Notes: generated by a model not told the origin, from the letters alone. DNA of 64,000 nucleotides from Verrucomicrobiota bacterium (GCA_025350905.1 JANXWY010000096.1:1919-65918), one strand, 5' to 3'. Positions 1 through 9,675 are shown, counted from the stretch's first letter. A program made the numbers and translations.

Positions 1-2
1 AC

Positions 3-2798
3 GTCCCGGCCTTCACCGCCCGGTTTCAAAAGCAGACGTTTCTCTTCGACAATTACACCCCCTACAAGAATTACCTTTGGACTGTCGTGGCAGTTGCAAC
101 GCCGAACGGTTGCTGTATGCAGGTGGCGGAAGTCGAACTGCTGGGTACCAGTGCGCCCAAGGACGTGACCCAGCCGGGCGATCCGATTGTCGCTTCCTCG
201 GCCAATAGTCCTGGTTCCGAAGGCGTTGCCAATGCCATTGATAATACTCAAGCGAAATATCTGAATTTTGACCAGAGAACGCCAAACAATCCGCCGACCG
301 GATTTGCGGTCGCGCCTTCAATCGGGGCCTCCACCGTCATCGGCATGACCATCACCTCGGCCAATGACGCGCCAGAACGTGACCCAAGCACCGTCACTCT
401 CGAAGGTTCGAACGACATCGGGCTCGATTACAATACAAACACTTGGACGTTCGTGGCAGGCATCACCAATATCCCTGCCTTCACCAACCGATTCCAGACG
501 CAATCCTTCTACTTCCCGAACAAGCAGTCTTACAAGAACTATCGCTGGACGGTTGTCGCGGTCGCGACTCCAAATGGTTGCTGCATGCAAGTCGCCGAAG
601 TAGAGCTGTTGGCAGCCACTTCGAGCAATCCTTGTGGCCAGACCGCCTTTGTTTCGCAGCCGGTTAACACCCCGGCGCTGCTCGGAACACCCGCAACGTT
701 TTATACTAAAGTGAATGGACCATGGACGTTGCAGTGGCTTAAGAACGGTCAATCGCTTCCGGGTGAGACCAAGACGTCTTACTCGACGCCGCCGGTGGAT
801 GCCTCGATCATCACGAACCTCTACTCCTGTGCGATCGTCGGTTGCCAGACCAGTTTAGTGGTGCAGGCCTCGATCTTTGTACCGTCCGCAACCAAGAGCC
901 TAGCGATCAGCTTCATTGGCGGTGGTGCAAACGGTGCGCCAACCTCGATGGATACCAACGACATTGCCGGCGTTCAAGCACAGGCTTATTGGAATAATGC
1001 CACCAATAGCACCGGTAGTGTGGGTGTCAATCTGCCAGATACACTTACCGACAGCGATGGGAATGCTTCCTTGGTTACCTTCGAATATGCTGCCACTGGC
1101 ACTTGGGGCTCTGGTACGGGTACCGAAACGCCGACGGAGAGAATGTTAAACGGCTTGACTGGAACATCCGGGGCAGCCGATCCCAATAAATTGCCCAACA
1201 CCTTTACGTTCCACAATGTGCCAGCAAGCGTTAACGGCAATTCCATTCTGATCTATTCCGTCAGTCCGCCGTTGCAGGTTCAAACGCTCAAATATTACAT
1301 CTCGGCCGGAACCCCGGTCAAAACGAACTACATGCGCATCCTGAATTCTGATGAATACAAGCCGGCCCCCGGCTTCTATCGGAGTACCAGCACCACCGCG
1401 GTTAATCCATCGGTTGGTGACTTTGTTCGATTTGATGGCATTCAACCGGATGCGAATGGCGATATCACATTGTCGACCGAAGTCGTCGTTGGTGCCGACC
1501 GAGAAACCGGCATCAATGGGATTCAGTTGGCGTTGAACGCTCCCAGCCCGGGTTTGCCTCCAGCGATCACAACGAATCCGCAACAGACGGTTGGACCGGC
1601 AGGTGGAACGGTGACACTCTCGATTACCGCTTCCGGTAACAACCTGACGTATCAATGGCGGAAGAATGGAGTGAACCTCTCCAACGGACCCCATGTGACT
1701 GGGGCAACCACAGCGGTGCTTAAGATCAGTTCGCTCGACGTCAGCGACGAAGCATTTTATAGCTGCGCTGTCTTCAATCCAGCCGGTAGCGTGGTTAGCA
1801 AGAACGCTTCGGTCAAAATCTCCACCTACAACATCAACACCGGGTTGGCTGGCTATTGGCCCTTGGATCCCACCACTGGGACGGTAGCTCCCAATGCGGT
1901 GTCCGGCGGTCAGGTGGGCGTGGTGAATGGCACTGCGAATTGGTTGGTGCCAGGTAAAATCACCAATGCCTTCTCCTTCGATCAGGCGACATACTTGTTC
2001 GTTACCAACTATCCGAAGGCATCCGGCGATAGTATCAGCGCTTCGGCTTGGGTCAATGTGGACACCGCATTGGCCGGTAGCGGAATTGGCATCACCTTCG
2101 TCCAAAACAGCGATGGTGCGTTGCGTCAAGAGCAGACACTTCCGGGTGGGGGCATTTCCGGGCAATTCGCGCTTGGATTAGTGCCGGACGCGTTGGATCC
2201 AAATCTCTTCTACTTGCGTGCGGCAATCATGGTTGGCCCCAATCGGGTCGAAGCGGTCGCCTCAACGTCGTTTGCCTTTGGCACTTGGCAACAGGTGGCC
2301 TTCTCTGCGGACGGGGCTCAATTGCACCTCTACCGCAACGGCGTGGAAGTGGCTTCGGCGGATTACGTCGGGAAACTGGCGGTTCCGTCGGTGCAGTTCC
2401 TGTCCATGGGCGCGGTTCTGGCCGTGGACTACATCACCGATCCGGCCAATCCCACGGTGGCACCGGCTGCAACGAATCCAAACTACTTGGGCGGCCCGTT
2501 GGATGATGTGGCGATTTGGAATCGGAGTCTGAGCGCAGACGAAGTCTCCAAAATCTACACTCAAGGTTCGGCTGGCAAGCCTGTGACTTCTGTGACCCAG
2601 GTGCCGCCAGTGCTGGATCCGCCTGTCATCTCCAATCCTACAATCTCCGGTGGCAACATCAGCATCACCTGGCTCAACGGTGGGACACTTGAAACGGCGC
2701 CGACGCCGAACGGGGCGTGGACTACCACTGGTAACTCCAGCGGCAGCTTCTCGGAGCCGGTTGCAGCCGGCAACAAGTACTACCGCGTGAAACGCTAA
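3..2798 (+). CDS. Large secreted surface/lectin-like protein, 5' end cut by window edge (tandem discoidin/F5-8 type C-like modules, Ig-like repeats, LamG/ConA-like domain, C-terminal FYR[LV] module)
   Basis: Frame is open from nt 3 up to the track start at 87 (an internal GTG). VPAFTARFQKQTF..YKNYLWTVVAVATPNGCCMQVAEVELL (nt 3-140) recurs as IPAFTNRFQTQSF..YKNYRWTVVAVATPNGCCMQVAEVELL (nt ~470-610). Ig-like 'LTYQWRKNGVNLS..DEAFYSCAVFN'; LamG-like 'GGPLDDVAIWNRSLSADEVSKIY'. A strong terminator follows. Confidence 0.75.
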   Translation, partial: VPAFTARFQKQTFLFDNYTPYKNYLWTVVAVATPNGCCMQVAEVELLGTSAPKDVTQPGDPIVASSANSPGSEGVANAIDNTQAKYLNFDQRTPNNPPTGFAVAPSIGASTVIGMTITSANDAPERDPSTVTLEGSNDIGLDYNTNTWTFVAGITNIPAFTNRFQTQSFYFPNKQSYKNYRWTVVAVATPNGCCMQVAEVELLAATSSNPCGQTAFVSQPVNTPALLGTPATFYTKVNGPWTLQWLKNGQSLPGETKTSYSTPPVDASIITNLYSCAIVGCQTSLVVQASIFVPSATKSLAISFIGGGANGAPTSMDTNDIAGVQAQAYWNNATNSTGSVGVNLPDTLTDSDGNASLVTFEYAATGTWGSGTGTETPTERMLNGLTGTSGAADPNKLPNTFTFHNVPASVNGNSILIYSVSPPLQVQTLKYYISAGTPVKTNYMRILNSDEYKPAPGFYRSTSTTAVNPSVGDFVRFDGIQPDANGDITLSTEVVVGADRETGINGIQLALNAPSPGLPPAITTNPQQTVGPAGGTVTLSITASGNNLTYQWRKNGVNLSNGPHVTGATTAVLKISSLDVSDEAFYSCAVFNPAGSVVSKNASVKISTYNINTGLAGYWPLDPTTGTVAPNAVSGGQVGVVNGTANWLVPGKITNAFSFDQATYLFVTNYPKASGDSISASAWVNVDTALAGSGIGITFVQNSDGALRQEQTLPGGGISGQFALGLVPDALDPNLFYLRAAIMVGPNRVEAVASTSFAFGTWQQVAFSADGAQLHLYRNGVEVASADYVGKLAVPSVQFLSMGAVLAVDYITDPANPTVAPAATNPNYLGGPLDDVAIWNRSLSADEVSKIYTQGSAGKPVTSVTQVPPVLDPPVISNPTISGGNISITWLNGGTLETAPTPNGAWTTTGNSSGSFSEPVAAGNKYYRVKR

Positions 2799-2824
2799 GC
2801 GCGCTTCAGAAAAATTCTATTCAG

Positions 2825-2855
2825 GAGACCGGACGAAAGTCCGGTCTCTTTTTTT
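2825..2855 (+). terminator. Rho-independent terminator
   Basis: gagaccggac-gaaa-gtccggtctc is a perfect 10-bp stem followed by a run of 7 T, about 27 nt after the stop at 2798. Confidence 0.85.
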
Positions 2856-3172
2856 GCATTCGACCGATCGCGCCGGACCGGAGTATGGAAGCTGTCCCGC
2901 CAAATCGTTTCAACTCAAGTGTCGGCGAAAATGGGGGCTTGGTTTGCCGGAGTGTATGGGCTGGACAAAAAGCAATGCCCTGGGTTAAACCGGGTTTGCG
3001 GGGTGATAGATTTTGCTTTTGCATCTACGGTCGCCAGGAATTTACGCACCGTGCTCAATCCGAATAGAGCTTGGCTCCCTCCATGGAAGTGCAGGAGGTG
3101 GTTGGATGACCTCAAAGACCCGCATCTCCAACCTTGCAGAGGTCGACCGCGATTCCCATTGCGCCTTAGTCC

Positions 3173-3988
3173 GTGTTCTCGGAAACTCCTATGCGAGCTG
3201 AGCATTCAACGGCACCTTTCATGGCCATCATCCCGAATTTGCAAGGTAAAGTTGCCCTCGTTACGGGCGGCGGGCGGGGCATCGGCAAGGCCATCACGTA
3301 CCGGCTGGCGGCTGCGGGGGCCAACGTGGTCATTGCCAGCCGCAAAATGGAAAACCTCGAAGCGACCGCCCGGGAATTCGCGGCGCTGCCGGGCAAAATT
3401 ATTCCCCTCGCTTGCCACGTCGGTCGCAAGGAACAACTCGAGCACTTGGTAGAGCAAACCGAAACCCGCCTCGGCCCGGTGGATATTCTGGTCAACAATA
3501 GCGCCACAAACATCGGTCAGGGCCCCGCGCTTAACACCGACGAGGACATGTTGGACAAGATGATTGAAGTCAACATCAAGTCGGCCTTTCGGCTGGTGCG
3601 GTTGATCGTGCCGGCCATGATCGAACGCAAATGCGGCGGGTCGATCATCAACATCGCCTCGGTGGCCGGGCTGCGGCCGCAACCGGGCGGCCTGCTCTAC
3701 AGTTTCACCAAGGCAGGCTTGTTGATGCTGACCCGGAGTTGGGCGCAGGAATTTGGGAAGTACCGTATCCGCGTCAACGCCATCGCACCCGGGCTGATCC
3801 AGACGGACTTCAGCGAATTTCTCTGGCAGGACGAAACGCGCCGTCGCCAATTCGAGCAGGCCACCCCTTTGGGCCGCATCGGCCAAGCGGAAGAAGTGGC
3901 CGGCCTGGCCCTCTATCTGGCTTCCGACGAAGCTGCGTTCGTCACCGGCCAAGTGATGGCGGTAGACGGCGGGTTCACCGCGGTCTAA
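3173..3988 (+). CDS. Short-chain dehydrogenase/reductase (FabG-like SDR)
   Basis: Rossmann motif '[15 protein letters not shown]', 'VNNSAT', catalytic 'YSFTKAG' (YxxxK). Track start 3173 is GTG; in-frame ATGs at 3191 and 3221 are more likely true starts. Confidence 0.85.
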   Translation: MFSETPMRAEHSTAPFMAIIPNLQGKVALVTGGGRGIGKAITYRLAAAGANVVIASRKMENLEATAREFAALPGKIIPLACHVGRKEQLEHLVEQTETRLGPVDILVNNSATNIGQGPALNTDEDMLDKMIEVNIKSAFRLVRLIVPAMIERKCGGSIINIASVAGLRPQPGGLLYSFTKAGLLMLTRSWAQEFGKYRIRVNAIAPGLIQTDFSEFLWQDETRRRQFEQATPLGRIGQAEEVAGLALYLASDEAAFVTGQVMAVDGGFTAV

Positions 3989-4010
3989 ACACCCACCCAG
4001 GATTTTCGTC

Positions 4011-5615
4011 ATGCCCGAGCCTCAGCCCAGCGCCGCCACCGAGCAAGCACTGCCAGCACCGCAAGCGCCGCCACCGCGAAAACCGATTCGCTGGTGGCCG
4101 GGCCTCAGCGTCCTCACCTTGGCCCTTGCGGTCACCATCGGGATTCGGCTGTGGCCGAAAACATCGTTCCAAGAAAAAAATATTGCTACGACGCAAGTGA
4201 TGCTGGTCTCACTGCTGTTGGAGTTGCTGTGGATATTGTTTTTTTCGCGGCTCAAATGGGCCGTTCGCTGCGCGGTATTCGGCGGGGTGGTAAGCTTGAT
4301 TGCGCTGATGGCCGGCCTTTTCAAAATTCACGGTGTCACCGGCGATTTGTTGCCGATTCTCGAATGGCGTTGGCAACGGCCCGCCACGATGGCTCGGCCC
4401 GTCGGGAAACCGGTGGCCCCCCAAAAACGCGAGCATTCCCTCGTTCAATCGACCAACGACTTCCCGCAGTTCCTTGGCCCGCTGCGGAACGCGACCGTGA
4501 CCGGCCCGGCGCTGGCCCGCGACTGGAAAGCGCAACCGCCGGAAAAATTATGGCTGCAACCCATCGGCGCCGCCTGGTCCGGCTTCGCCATCTTCGGGAA
4601 CTATGCGATTACGCAGGAACAACGCGGCGACGAGGAAACCGTCGTCGCTTACGATTTGCCATCGGGCCAGGTGCTCTGGTCGCACGCCGATCCGGCCCAC
4701 TACAACACGGTCATCGCCGGTGACGGCCCACGCGCGACGCCCACGATTGTGAGCAATCGCGTTTACACTTTGGGGGCAACCGGAATGTTGAATTGTCTGG
4801 ATGTGGAAACCGGTGCGCGCCTCTGGTCCAAAGACATCATCACGGACAACCAGAGTAGCGTGGGTGGCTGGGGCGTGAGCGGTTCGCCGTTGCTGCTCGA
4901 CCAAATGGTCGTCGTGAGCGCCGGTGGCTCCAAGGGTCGCTCCCTGGTCGCATACGACGCCATCACAGGAAACTTTGTTTGGGGCGGCGGCGATGACGGC
5001 GCGAGTTACAGCTCACCGCTGGCGGCGACGCTGGCGGGCGTCCGCCAGATTCTAATCTTCAATGCCAATCAAGTCGCGGCCCACGACCCCGCGACGGGCA
5101 AGGTCCTTTGGACTTACCCATGGCCCGCTGGGCATCCGCACATTGCCGTCCCGGTCGTTCTGCCGGAGGACCGGGTGTTGGTCACCAGCGGTTACGGGAC
5201 CGGCAGCGAGTTGCTGCAAATCAAAAGGACCAAAGATGACCAGTGGTCGGCCACCCGGATTTGGAAATCCATCCGTCTCAAAGCCAAGTTCACCAACGTG
5301 GTTTATCGCGACGGTTTTATTTACGGTCTCGATGATGGCATCCTCGTTTGCCTCGACGCTGCAGATGGTTCTCTGAAGTGGAAGGAAGGCAGATACGGTC
5401 ACGGCCAGGTGATCCTTTCCGGTTCGTTGCTGCTGGTGACCGATGAAGGCGGTGACATGGTTTTAGTGGAACCAGTGCCGGGTGAACCTCGTGAGCTCGC
5501 CCGATTCACTGCTTTACACGGCAAGACGTGGAACCCACCCGCGCTCGCGGGCGAATATCTGGTGGTGCGCAACGAAAAGGAAGCCGCGTGCTATCGGCTG
5601 CCCACGGCGAAGTAA
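4011..5615 (+). CDS. Membrane-anchored PQQ-like beta-propeller repeat protein (BamB-like fold)
   Basis: Three N-terminal hydrophobic helices, then repeated propeller-blade strings 'NRVYTLGATGMLNCLDVETGARLWS', 'ITGNFVWGG', 'GFIYGLDDGILVCLDAADGSLKWK'. Confidence 0.7.
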   Translation: MPEPQPSAATEQALPAPQAPPPRKPIRWWPGLSVLTLALAVTIGIRLWPKTSFQEKNIATTQVMLVSLLLELLWILFFSRLKWAVRCAVFGGVVSLIALMAGLFKIHGVTGDLLPILEWRWQRPATMARPVGKPVAPQKREHSLVQSTNDFPQFLGPLRNATVTGPALARDWKAQPPEKLWLQPIGAAWSGFAIFGNYAITQEQRGDEETVVAYDLPSGQVLWSHADPAHYNTVIAGDGPRATPTIVSNRVYTLGATGMLNCLDVETGARLWSKDIITDNQSSVGGWGVSGSPLLLDQMVVVSAGGSKGRSLVAYDAITGNFVWGGGDDGASYSSPLAATLAGVRQILIFNANQVAAHDPATGKVLWTYPWPAGHPHIAVPVVLPEDRVLVTSGYGTGSELLQIKRTKDDQWSATRIWKSIRLKAKFTNVVYRDGFIYGLDDGILVCLDAADGSLKWKEGRYGHGQVILSGSLLLVTDEGGDMVLVEPVPGEPRELARFTALHGKTWNPPALAGEYLVVRNEKEAACYRLPTAK

Positions 5616-5736
5616 TGACGGACCGACTGAGCTTAGACTGGAAAATACACCAACCGTTGGTCGACGTGCGAGGGTTGTCGGTCGATGCGACAAGTGAATT
5701 CAACGTCCACGTCCTGGCCGAGCTTAACTTAGATTC

Positions 5737-6144
5737 TCACTGGGAGCGCGTCTGCTCGATGGCCTTGAGCTGGGCCATGGCTTTTTGATCACCGTTGGCG
5801 GCGCGGGTTGCCAGGTCGGACGTCATGGCCAGCACCGCCCGCTGCACGGCCATCACTTGTTCGGCGGTCACCCCCGGTTTGCGCTGGGCCGCTTCCAGCG
5901 CAATCACGCCACTCGCATAATCGTCCACGCGGGCTGCCGCGAGGGCGGTCTTGACGAGCTCCTCGGCGCCACTGGGCACGGTTTGCGCGGACACGGCGGG
6001 ATTGGCGGAGCCGGGCGCGGTGGGAGTTTGAAAAGCCAGTTCCAGTTCCGAAGCGCTGGATTTGACGTCCTCTTGCTTGCGGCAGGAGGCGGTCACAAGC
6101 ATCAGCGCTACGACGAAAGAAATCAATATTCGCTGGGTTCTCAT
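5737..6144 (-). CDS. Hypothetical lipoprotein
   Basis: Signal peptide with lipobox 'MLVTASC'; Ala-rich helical body; 18 nt downstream of the prepilin-like gene on the same strand. Confidence 0.5.
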   Translation of the reverse strand: MRTQRILISFVVALMLVTASCRKQEDVKSSASELELAFQTPTAPGSANPAVSAQTVPSGAEELVKTALAAARVDDYASGVIALEAAQRKPGVTAEQVMAVQRAVLAMTSDLATRAANGDQKAMAQLKAIEQTRSQ

Positions 6145-6162
6145 GTTGGGTTCCTCAACCGA

Positions 6163-6918
6163 CTAGCGGCCGTACTCGTTTCCCGGGTAACACCACAGAC
6201 TGTTCTTAAAGCGGTCGGCGGCCAGTTGAAAATATTTTTTCCACTTCACGTACTCCACGTGCCCATCGAAATGGCCCATGGTCGCGCCGCTGTTGTGCCG
6301 CTCCGTGAGCCCTTCGTTGGGTTGGCTAGAGCCATCATTGAAGTAGCTCGGGTTACGCTCATCGGATTCCCAGAACAACATGTCGGTCGCTTTGAAGGCG
6401 GCATTCTTGTAGGTCTTTCCGGCGGCCCCGGCGCTCCAGTCGTAGCCCGAGGCGCTGGCGATGACCGCACCATTCATCAAGTAGCTGGTGAATTTGACGT
6501 CGGCCACCTTCCACGCCGCAAGGTTCGTTTTGTGGACGGGGCACATGAAAATCGACCACGATTTTAACGTCGGGAAAAAGAGCCCCTTGCTCGGGCCGTT
6601 GGTCTGATTCAATCCCGGCACCCCCGGCAGCGCCTCGCCCGGTTTGTAGAGCCAGCCGGCCGGGAGCGTGCGGTTTGAGAGTCCAGCCGCGCCACCGCAA
6701 TTGGGCGGGGCAATTTGATCATTATTGTCGCTCAGGTACAAATTGTGGCTCAGTCCCAATTGTTTCATGTTATTCATGCAGCTCGTCCGCTGGGCCTTCT
6801 CTTTGGCTTTGGCCAGGGCCGGGAGGAGCATTGCCGCCAGGATGGCGATGATCGCTATGACCACCAGTAACTCGATCAAGGTAAAACCCGAAGGCCTGGC
6901 AAGGGGCGGAGTTTTCAT
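6163..6918 (-). CDS. Prepilin-type N-terminal cleavage/methylation domain protein, H-X9-DG family
   Basis: '[25 protein letters not shown]' class III signal and C-terminal '[14 protein letters not shown]' (H-X9-DG). Confidence 0.9.
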   Translation of the reverse strand: MKTPPLARPSGFTLIELLVVIAIIAILAAMLLPALAKAKEKAQRTSCMNNMKQLGLSHNLYLSDNNDQIAPPNCGGAAGLSNRTLPAGWLYKPGEALPGVPGLNQTNGPSKGLFFPTLKSWSIFMCPVHKTNLAAWKVADVKFTSYLMNGAVIASASGYDWSAGAAGKTYKNAAFKATDMLFWESDERNPSYFNDGSSQPNEGLTERHNSGATMGHFDGHVEYVKWKKYFQLAADRFKNSLWCYPGNEYGR

Positions 6919-7008
6919 ATTTAGCGGCTTTCTTGGCTGGAGAATTTTATGGGACTACGCGTTTTCTTACCCGCTTTGGATTGGCTTGTCAATTCGTCGC
7001 CCGCTCCA

Positions 7009-7182
7009 GGGTGCGACCAGAAGTGGCGGTCAACCCGGGTGGTAGGAGTGTTCGCGCTGCGAACACTCCGCCCGCGCCGAGCGGGCGGAACGTGCGGTGA
7101 CTCGGACGTGCCGCTGGACGCGGCCCGACGGCTCGCAGCGCGAGCCGTTCTACCACACTGACCGCCACTTCCAGTCGCACCC
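7009..7182. mobile_element. MITE-like non-autonomous palindromic element
   Basis: 24-nt terminal inverted repeats gggtgcgaccagaagtggcggtca / tgaccgccacttccagtcgcaccc (22/24), flanked by the identical octamer CCGCTCCA at 7001-7008 and 7183-7190. The interior is nested hairpins with no credible ORF. Confidence 0.6.
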
Positions 7183-7361
7183 CCGCTCCACCAACAGTTT
7201 CATTTTAACTTGGGATTGTGACGTGTGAAGCGGCCGGGCTTTACTTTCGCGTTGCCCCGACTCTTCAATCCGTGGGCGAGCTCGTCCCCGAAGCAGTGTG
7301 GCGCTTCACTTCACGCCGTACTCCAAGACGCTGTCGCGAATGCGCGAACTTCAAGCAACGG

Positions 7362-8576
7362 CTAGCCCGCCAGCCACTCTTCCCGGTGCGCCGCCACGAA
7401 TTCGTCATCGCTCAAGTGCGGATACGCGCGGCAGACACGCTCGATTTCTTCGGCTTGGCCGGGGCTGAGCGTTTCATTGGGGTCGAGACACCAGGTGCCT
7501 TCCAGTAGACCCTGGCGGCGCAGGATTTCGTGCAGGCCGGGGATGCAGCCGGCAAAATTGTTCGCCGCATCAAAGAACGCGGCATTGCAATCCGTCACCT
7601 CGCCGGCGCGGCGCAGCAGTTCGGCCGGAATGGGTTCGCCGCTGAGCGCTAGGTGACGACATTCGGCGTGCAACTCCACGGCGCGTTTGGTCCACACCGC
7701 CCAATGGCCGAGCAAACCGCCGACGATCCGGCGCTCGACCATTTTGCTTCCAACGCGGAAGCAATAGGGCGTGAGCAGGTCGAGGATAATGTTGTCGTCG
7801 TTGCCGGTGTAAAGCGCGATGTCGTCGCGCCCGACCTCCGCGACGGCCCGCACCACGTCGAGGGTTTGATAGCGATTGAACGGCGCGAGCTTGATGGCAA
7901 CGACGTTGGGGATTTCAGCAAAGCGCCGCCAGAAGGAGAACGGCAGCACGCGCCCGCCCGCGGCCGGTTGCAGATAGAAACCAAACACCGGGATGATTTC
8001 CGCCACGGCCCGACAATGCGCGATCAGGTCCGCTTCGCTCGCATTTCGCAGCGCGCCCAGACTGAGCAGGCCGGCGTGGAAACCCAGTTCGCGAGCGAGC
8101 GTTGCTTCCGCGACCGCCGGTTTGGTCGGGCCGCAGACCCCGGCGATGGCTATCCGCGCACGAGGCGGATTCCCTCTCCCCTTCGGAAGGGGAGAGGGCC
8201 AGGGTGAGGGGTCGGGCGAGGACTTACCGATGGCGTAAGTTTTCCCCCTCACCCCAACCCTCTCCCCCTCTGCGGGGGAGAGGGAGAATCCTTCGCACGT
8301 TATGTCGTCCTGTCGTCCACCGCACGCAGCCCTCAGTATTTCCTCCGCCGCCAGCTCCAGCACTGGTTTGAACAACCCGATCCTCGGGTCGCGGATGGCG
8401 AACTGGGTGGTATGCACCCCTACGGCCAATCCGCCCGCGCCCGCCGCGAGATAATAGCGAAACAGCGCGCGTTGCCGGCGGGCGTCGAACCGCCGTTGCG
8501 CGTTGAGCGCGAGCGGACACGCCGGAATGGCCAAGCCGGTGACCAGCCGCGCCCGTACTGATTCAATAGTTGCCAT
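7362..8576 (-). CDS. DapA/class I aldolase-like TIM-barrel family protein carrying an in-frame repeat insertion
   Basis: ATG at 8576. General resemblance to dihydrodipicolinate-synthase-family proteins ('GGLAVGVHTTQF', 'IAIAGVCGP', 'VVAIKLAP'); family call made from memory only. About 38 residues (nt 8172-8284) come from the GEG repeat. Confidence 0.5.
   Translation of the reverse strand: MATIESVRARLVTGLAIPACPLALNAQRRFDARRQRALFRYYLAAGAGGLAVGVHTTQFAIRDPRIGLFKPVLELAAEEILRAACGGRQDDITCEGFSLSPAEGERVGVRGKTYAIGKSSPDPSPWPSPLPKGRGNPPRARIAIAGVCGPTKPAVAEATLARELGFHAGLLSLGALRNASEADLIAHCRAVAEIIPVFGFYLQPAAGGRVLPFSFWRRFAEIPNVVAIKLAPFNRYQTLDVVRAVAEVGRDDIALYTGNDDNIILDLLTPYCFRVGSKMVERRIVGGLLGHWAVWTKRAVELHAECRHLALSGEPIPAELLRRAGEVTDCNAAFFDAANNFAGCIPGLHEILRRQGLLEGTWCLDPNETLSPGQAEEIERVCRAYPHLSDDEFVAAHREEWLAG
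8172..8284. repeat. 'GEG' compound palindromic repeat element (intragenic copy)
   Basis: Two hairpin cores: ccctctcccc-ttcggaa-ggggagaggg (8172-8198) and ccctctcccc-ctctgcg-ggggagaggg (8258-8284). The inner flanks agggtgagggg / cccctcacccc are mutually complementary. Confidence 0.8.
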
Positions 8577-9675
8577 CGCGCACCTCGAAATGGGTTGGGC
8601 GGCCCAAGTCCGATCCGCCTTGCTGCACCCATTGTGCGGTCCAGTGCAGGATGGTTTCCATGGGAGTCATCGGCGCCAACAGGGCGGTACCAAGCTTTGC
8701 CGAATTGCCGAGTAACGCCGATTCGGTTTCGTGGCCGGAAAAAACCGGGGCGCGACCGAGGAGTTCGCCAAACCGGGTGGCAATCGCACGGACGGAAAAA
8801 AGCTCTGGCCGGCACAAGTTGAAAACACTCAACGGCGCCGCCGCCGCCAGCGGCAGCGCGCGCAGGATCAGTTCGTTGGCATCGCGCTGCCAGACGCAGT
8901 TGAAATAGCCGTTGGCCAGCGCGACCGGCGCGCCGGCGTGAACTTTGCGCGCGATATCGGCGAGCACACCGTAGCGCAACTCGACCGCGTAGAACAGCCG
9001 GAGCAACGCGAGGGGCGTGTGCTGGCGTTGGGAATAAAACTCGAAGATGCGTTCGCGGCCCACGGCAGCGTTTGCATACTCGCCCAAGGGCGTGAGGGAA
9101 TCCGTTTCCACCGCACCGCCCCGGCTCACCTCGCGCATCGGGTAAACGTTGCCGGTGGACAGCGCGATGATGCGATTCCGCGGATAGCGCTCGCAAACGC
9201 GCGCGGGGACGATGGTGTTGATCGCCCAAGTCGACGCCGGATTTTGCGCGGTCCCGAACTTCAGGCCGACTAGATAAATAATGTTCTGCGCATCCGGAAG
9301 TCCGGCCACCGCGTTCGCATCCAGCAGATCGCAACTCACCGTTTTCACACCGTGCCCTTCGAGCCACCTGCGGGCGGCGGCATTGCTGAAACGGCTGACC
9401 GCCAGCACGTCGAGCGCGTAGCCGGCGGCCGTGGCGGCGCGACGCGCGAGCACGGCTAACGTCGGTCCCATTTTGCCGCCCGCACCAAGGACGAGCAACG
9501 GACTGGCAACGGTTTGGATGAACTCGATCAGTGGTGCGCTGGGGCGCGTCAAAACCTCTTCCAACTCGGATTCGGTTTGGATGGCTTCAGGCAGTTCGAT
9601 CACAAAATTCTCGCGGTGGCTGGACCGGGATGATGCACGGCTTCGAGAAATACGCCATCGCGAAGGCGGACGCAA
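8563..9675 (-). CDS. NAD-dependent epimerase/dehydratase family protein
   Basis: Rossmann 'LLVLGAGGKMGPTLAVLA' and downstream 'STGNVY'. Overlaps the DapA-like gene by 14 nt. Track start is TTG (9675); an in-frame GTG at 9603 is an alternative. Confidence 0.65.
   Translation of the reverse strand: MRPPSRWRISRSRASSRSSHRENFVIELPEAIQTESELEEVLTRPSAPLIEFIQTVASPLLVLGAGGKMGPTLAVLARRAATAAGYALDVLAVSRFSNAAARRWLEGHGVKTVSCDLLDANAVAGLPDAQNIIYLVGLKFGTAQNPASTWAINTIVPARVCERYPRNRIIALSTGNVYPMREVSRGGAVETDSLTPLGEYANAAVGRERIFEFYSQRQHTPLALLRLFYAVELRYGVLADIARKVHAGAPVALANGYFNCVWQRDANELILRALPLAAAAPLSVFNLCRPELFSVRAIATRFGELLGRAPVFSGHETESALLGNSAKLGTALLAPMTPMETILHWTAQWVQQGGSDLGRPTHFEVRDGNY

Noticed and set aside
1146-2165. 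339-aa minus-strand ORF inside the lectin gene (similar shadows occur at 17804..18682, 56314..57126 and 61712..62404)
   Set aside because: All lie antisense to frames with strong domain evidence and have biased, motif-free translations.
3206-4012. 268-aa minus-strand ORF overlapping the first SDR gene
   Set aside because: The plus-strand frame has TGxxxGxG and YxxxK motifs, while the antisense translation is low complexity.
8420-9367. 315-aa minus-strand ORF in an alternative frame of the epimerase gene
   Set aside because: It is Arg-rich junk. The 8563..9675 frame has a Rossmann motif and sensible composition.
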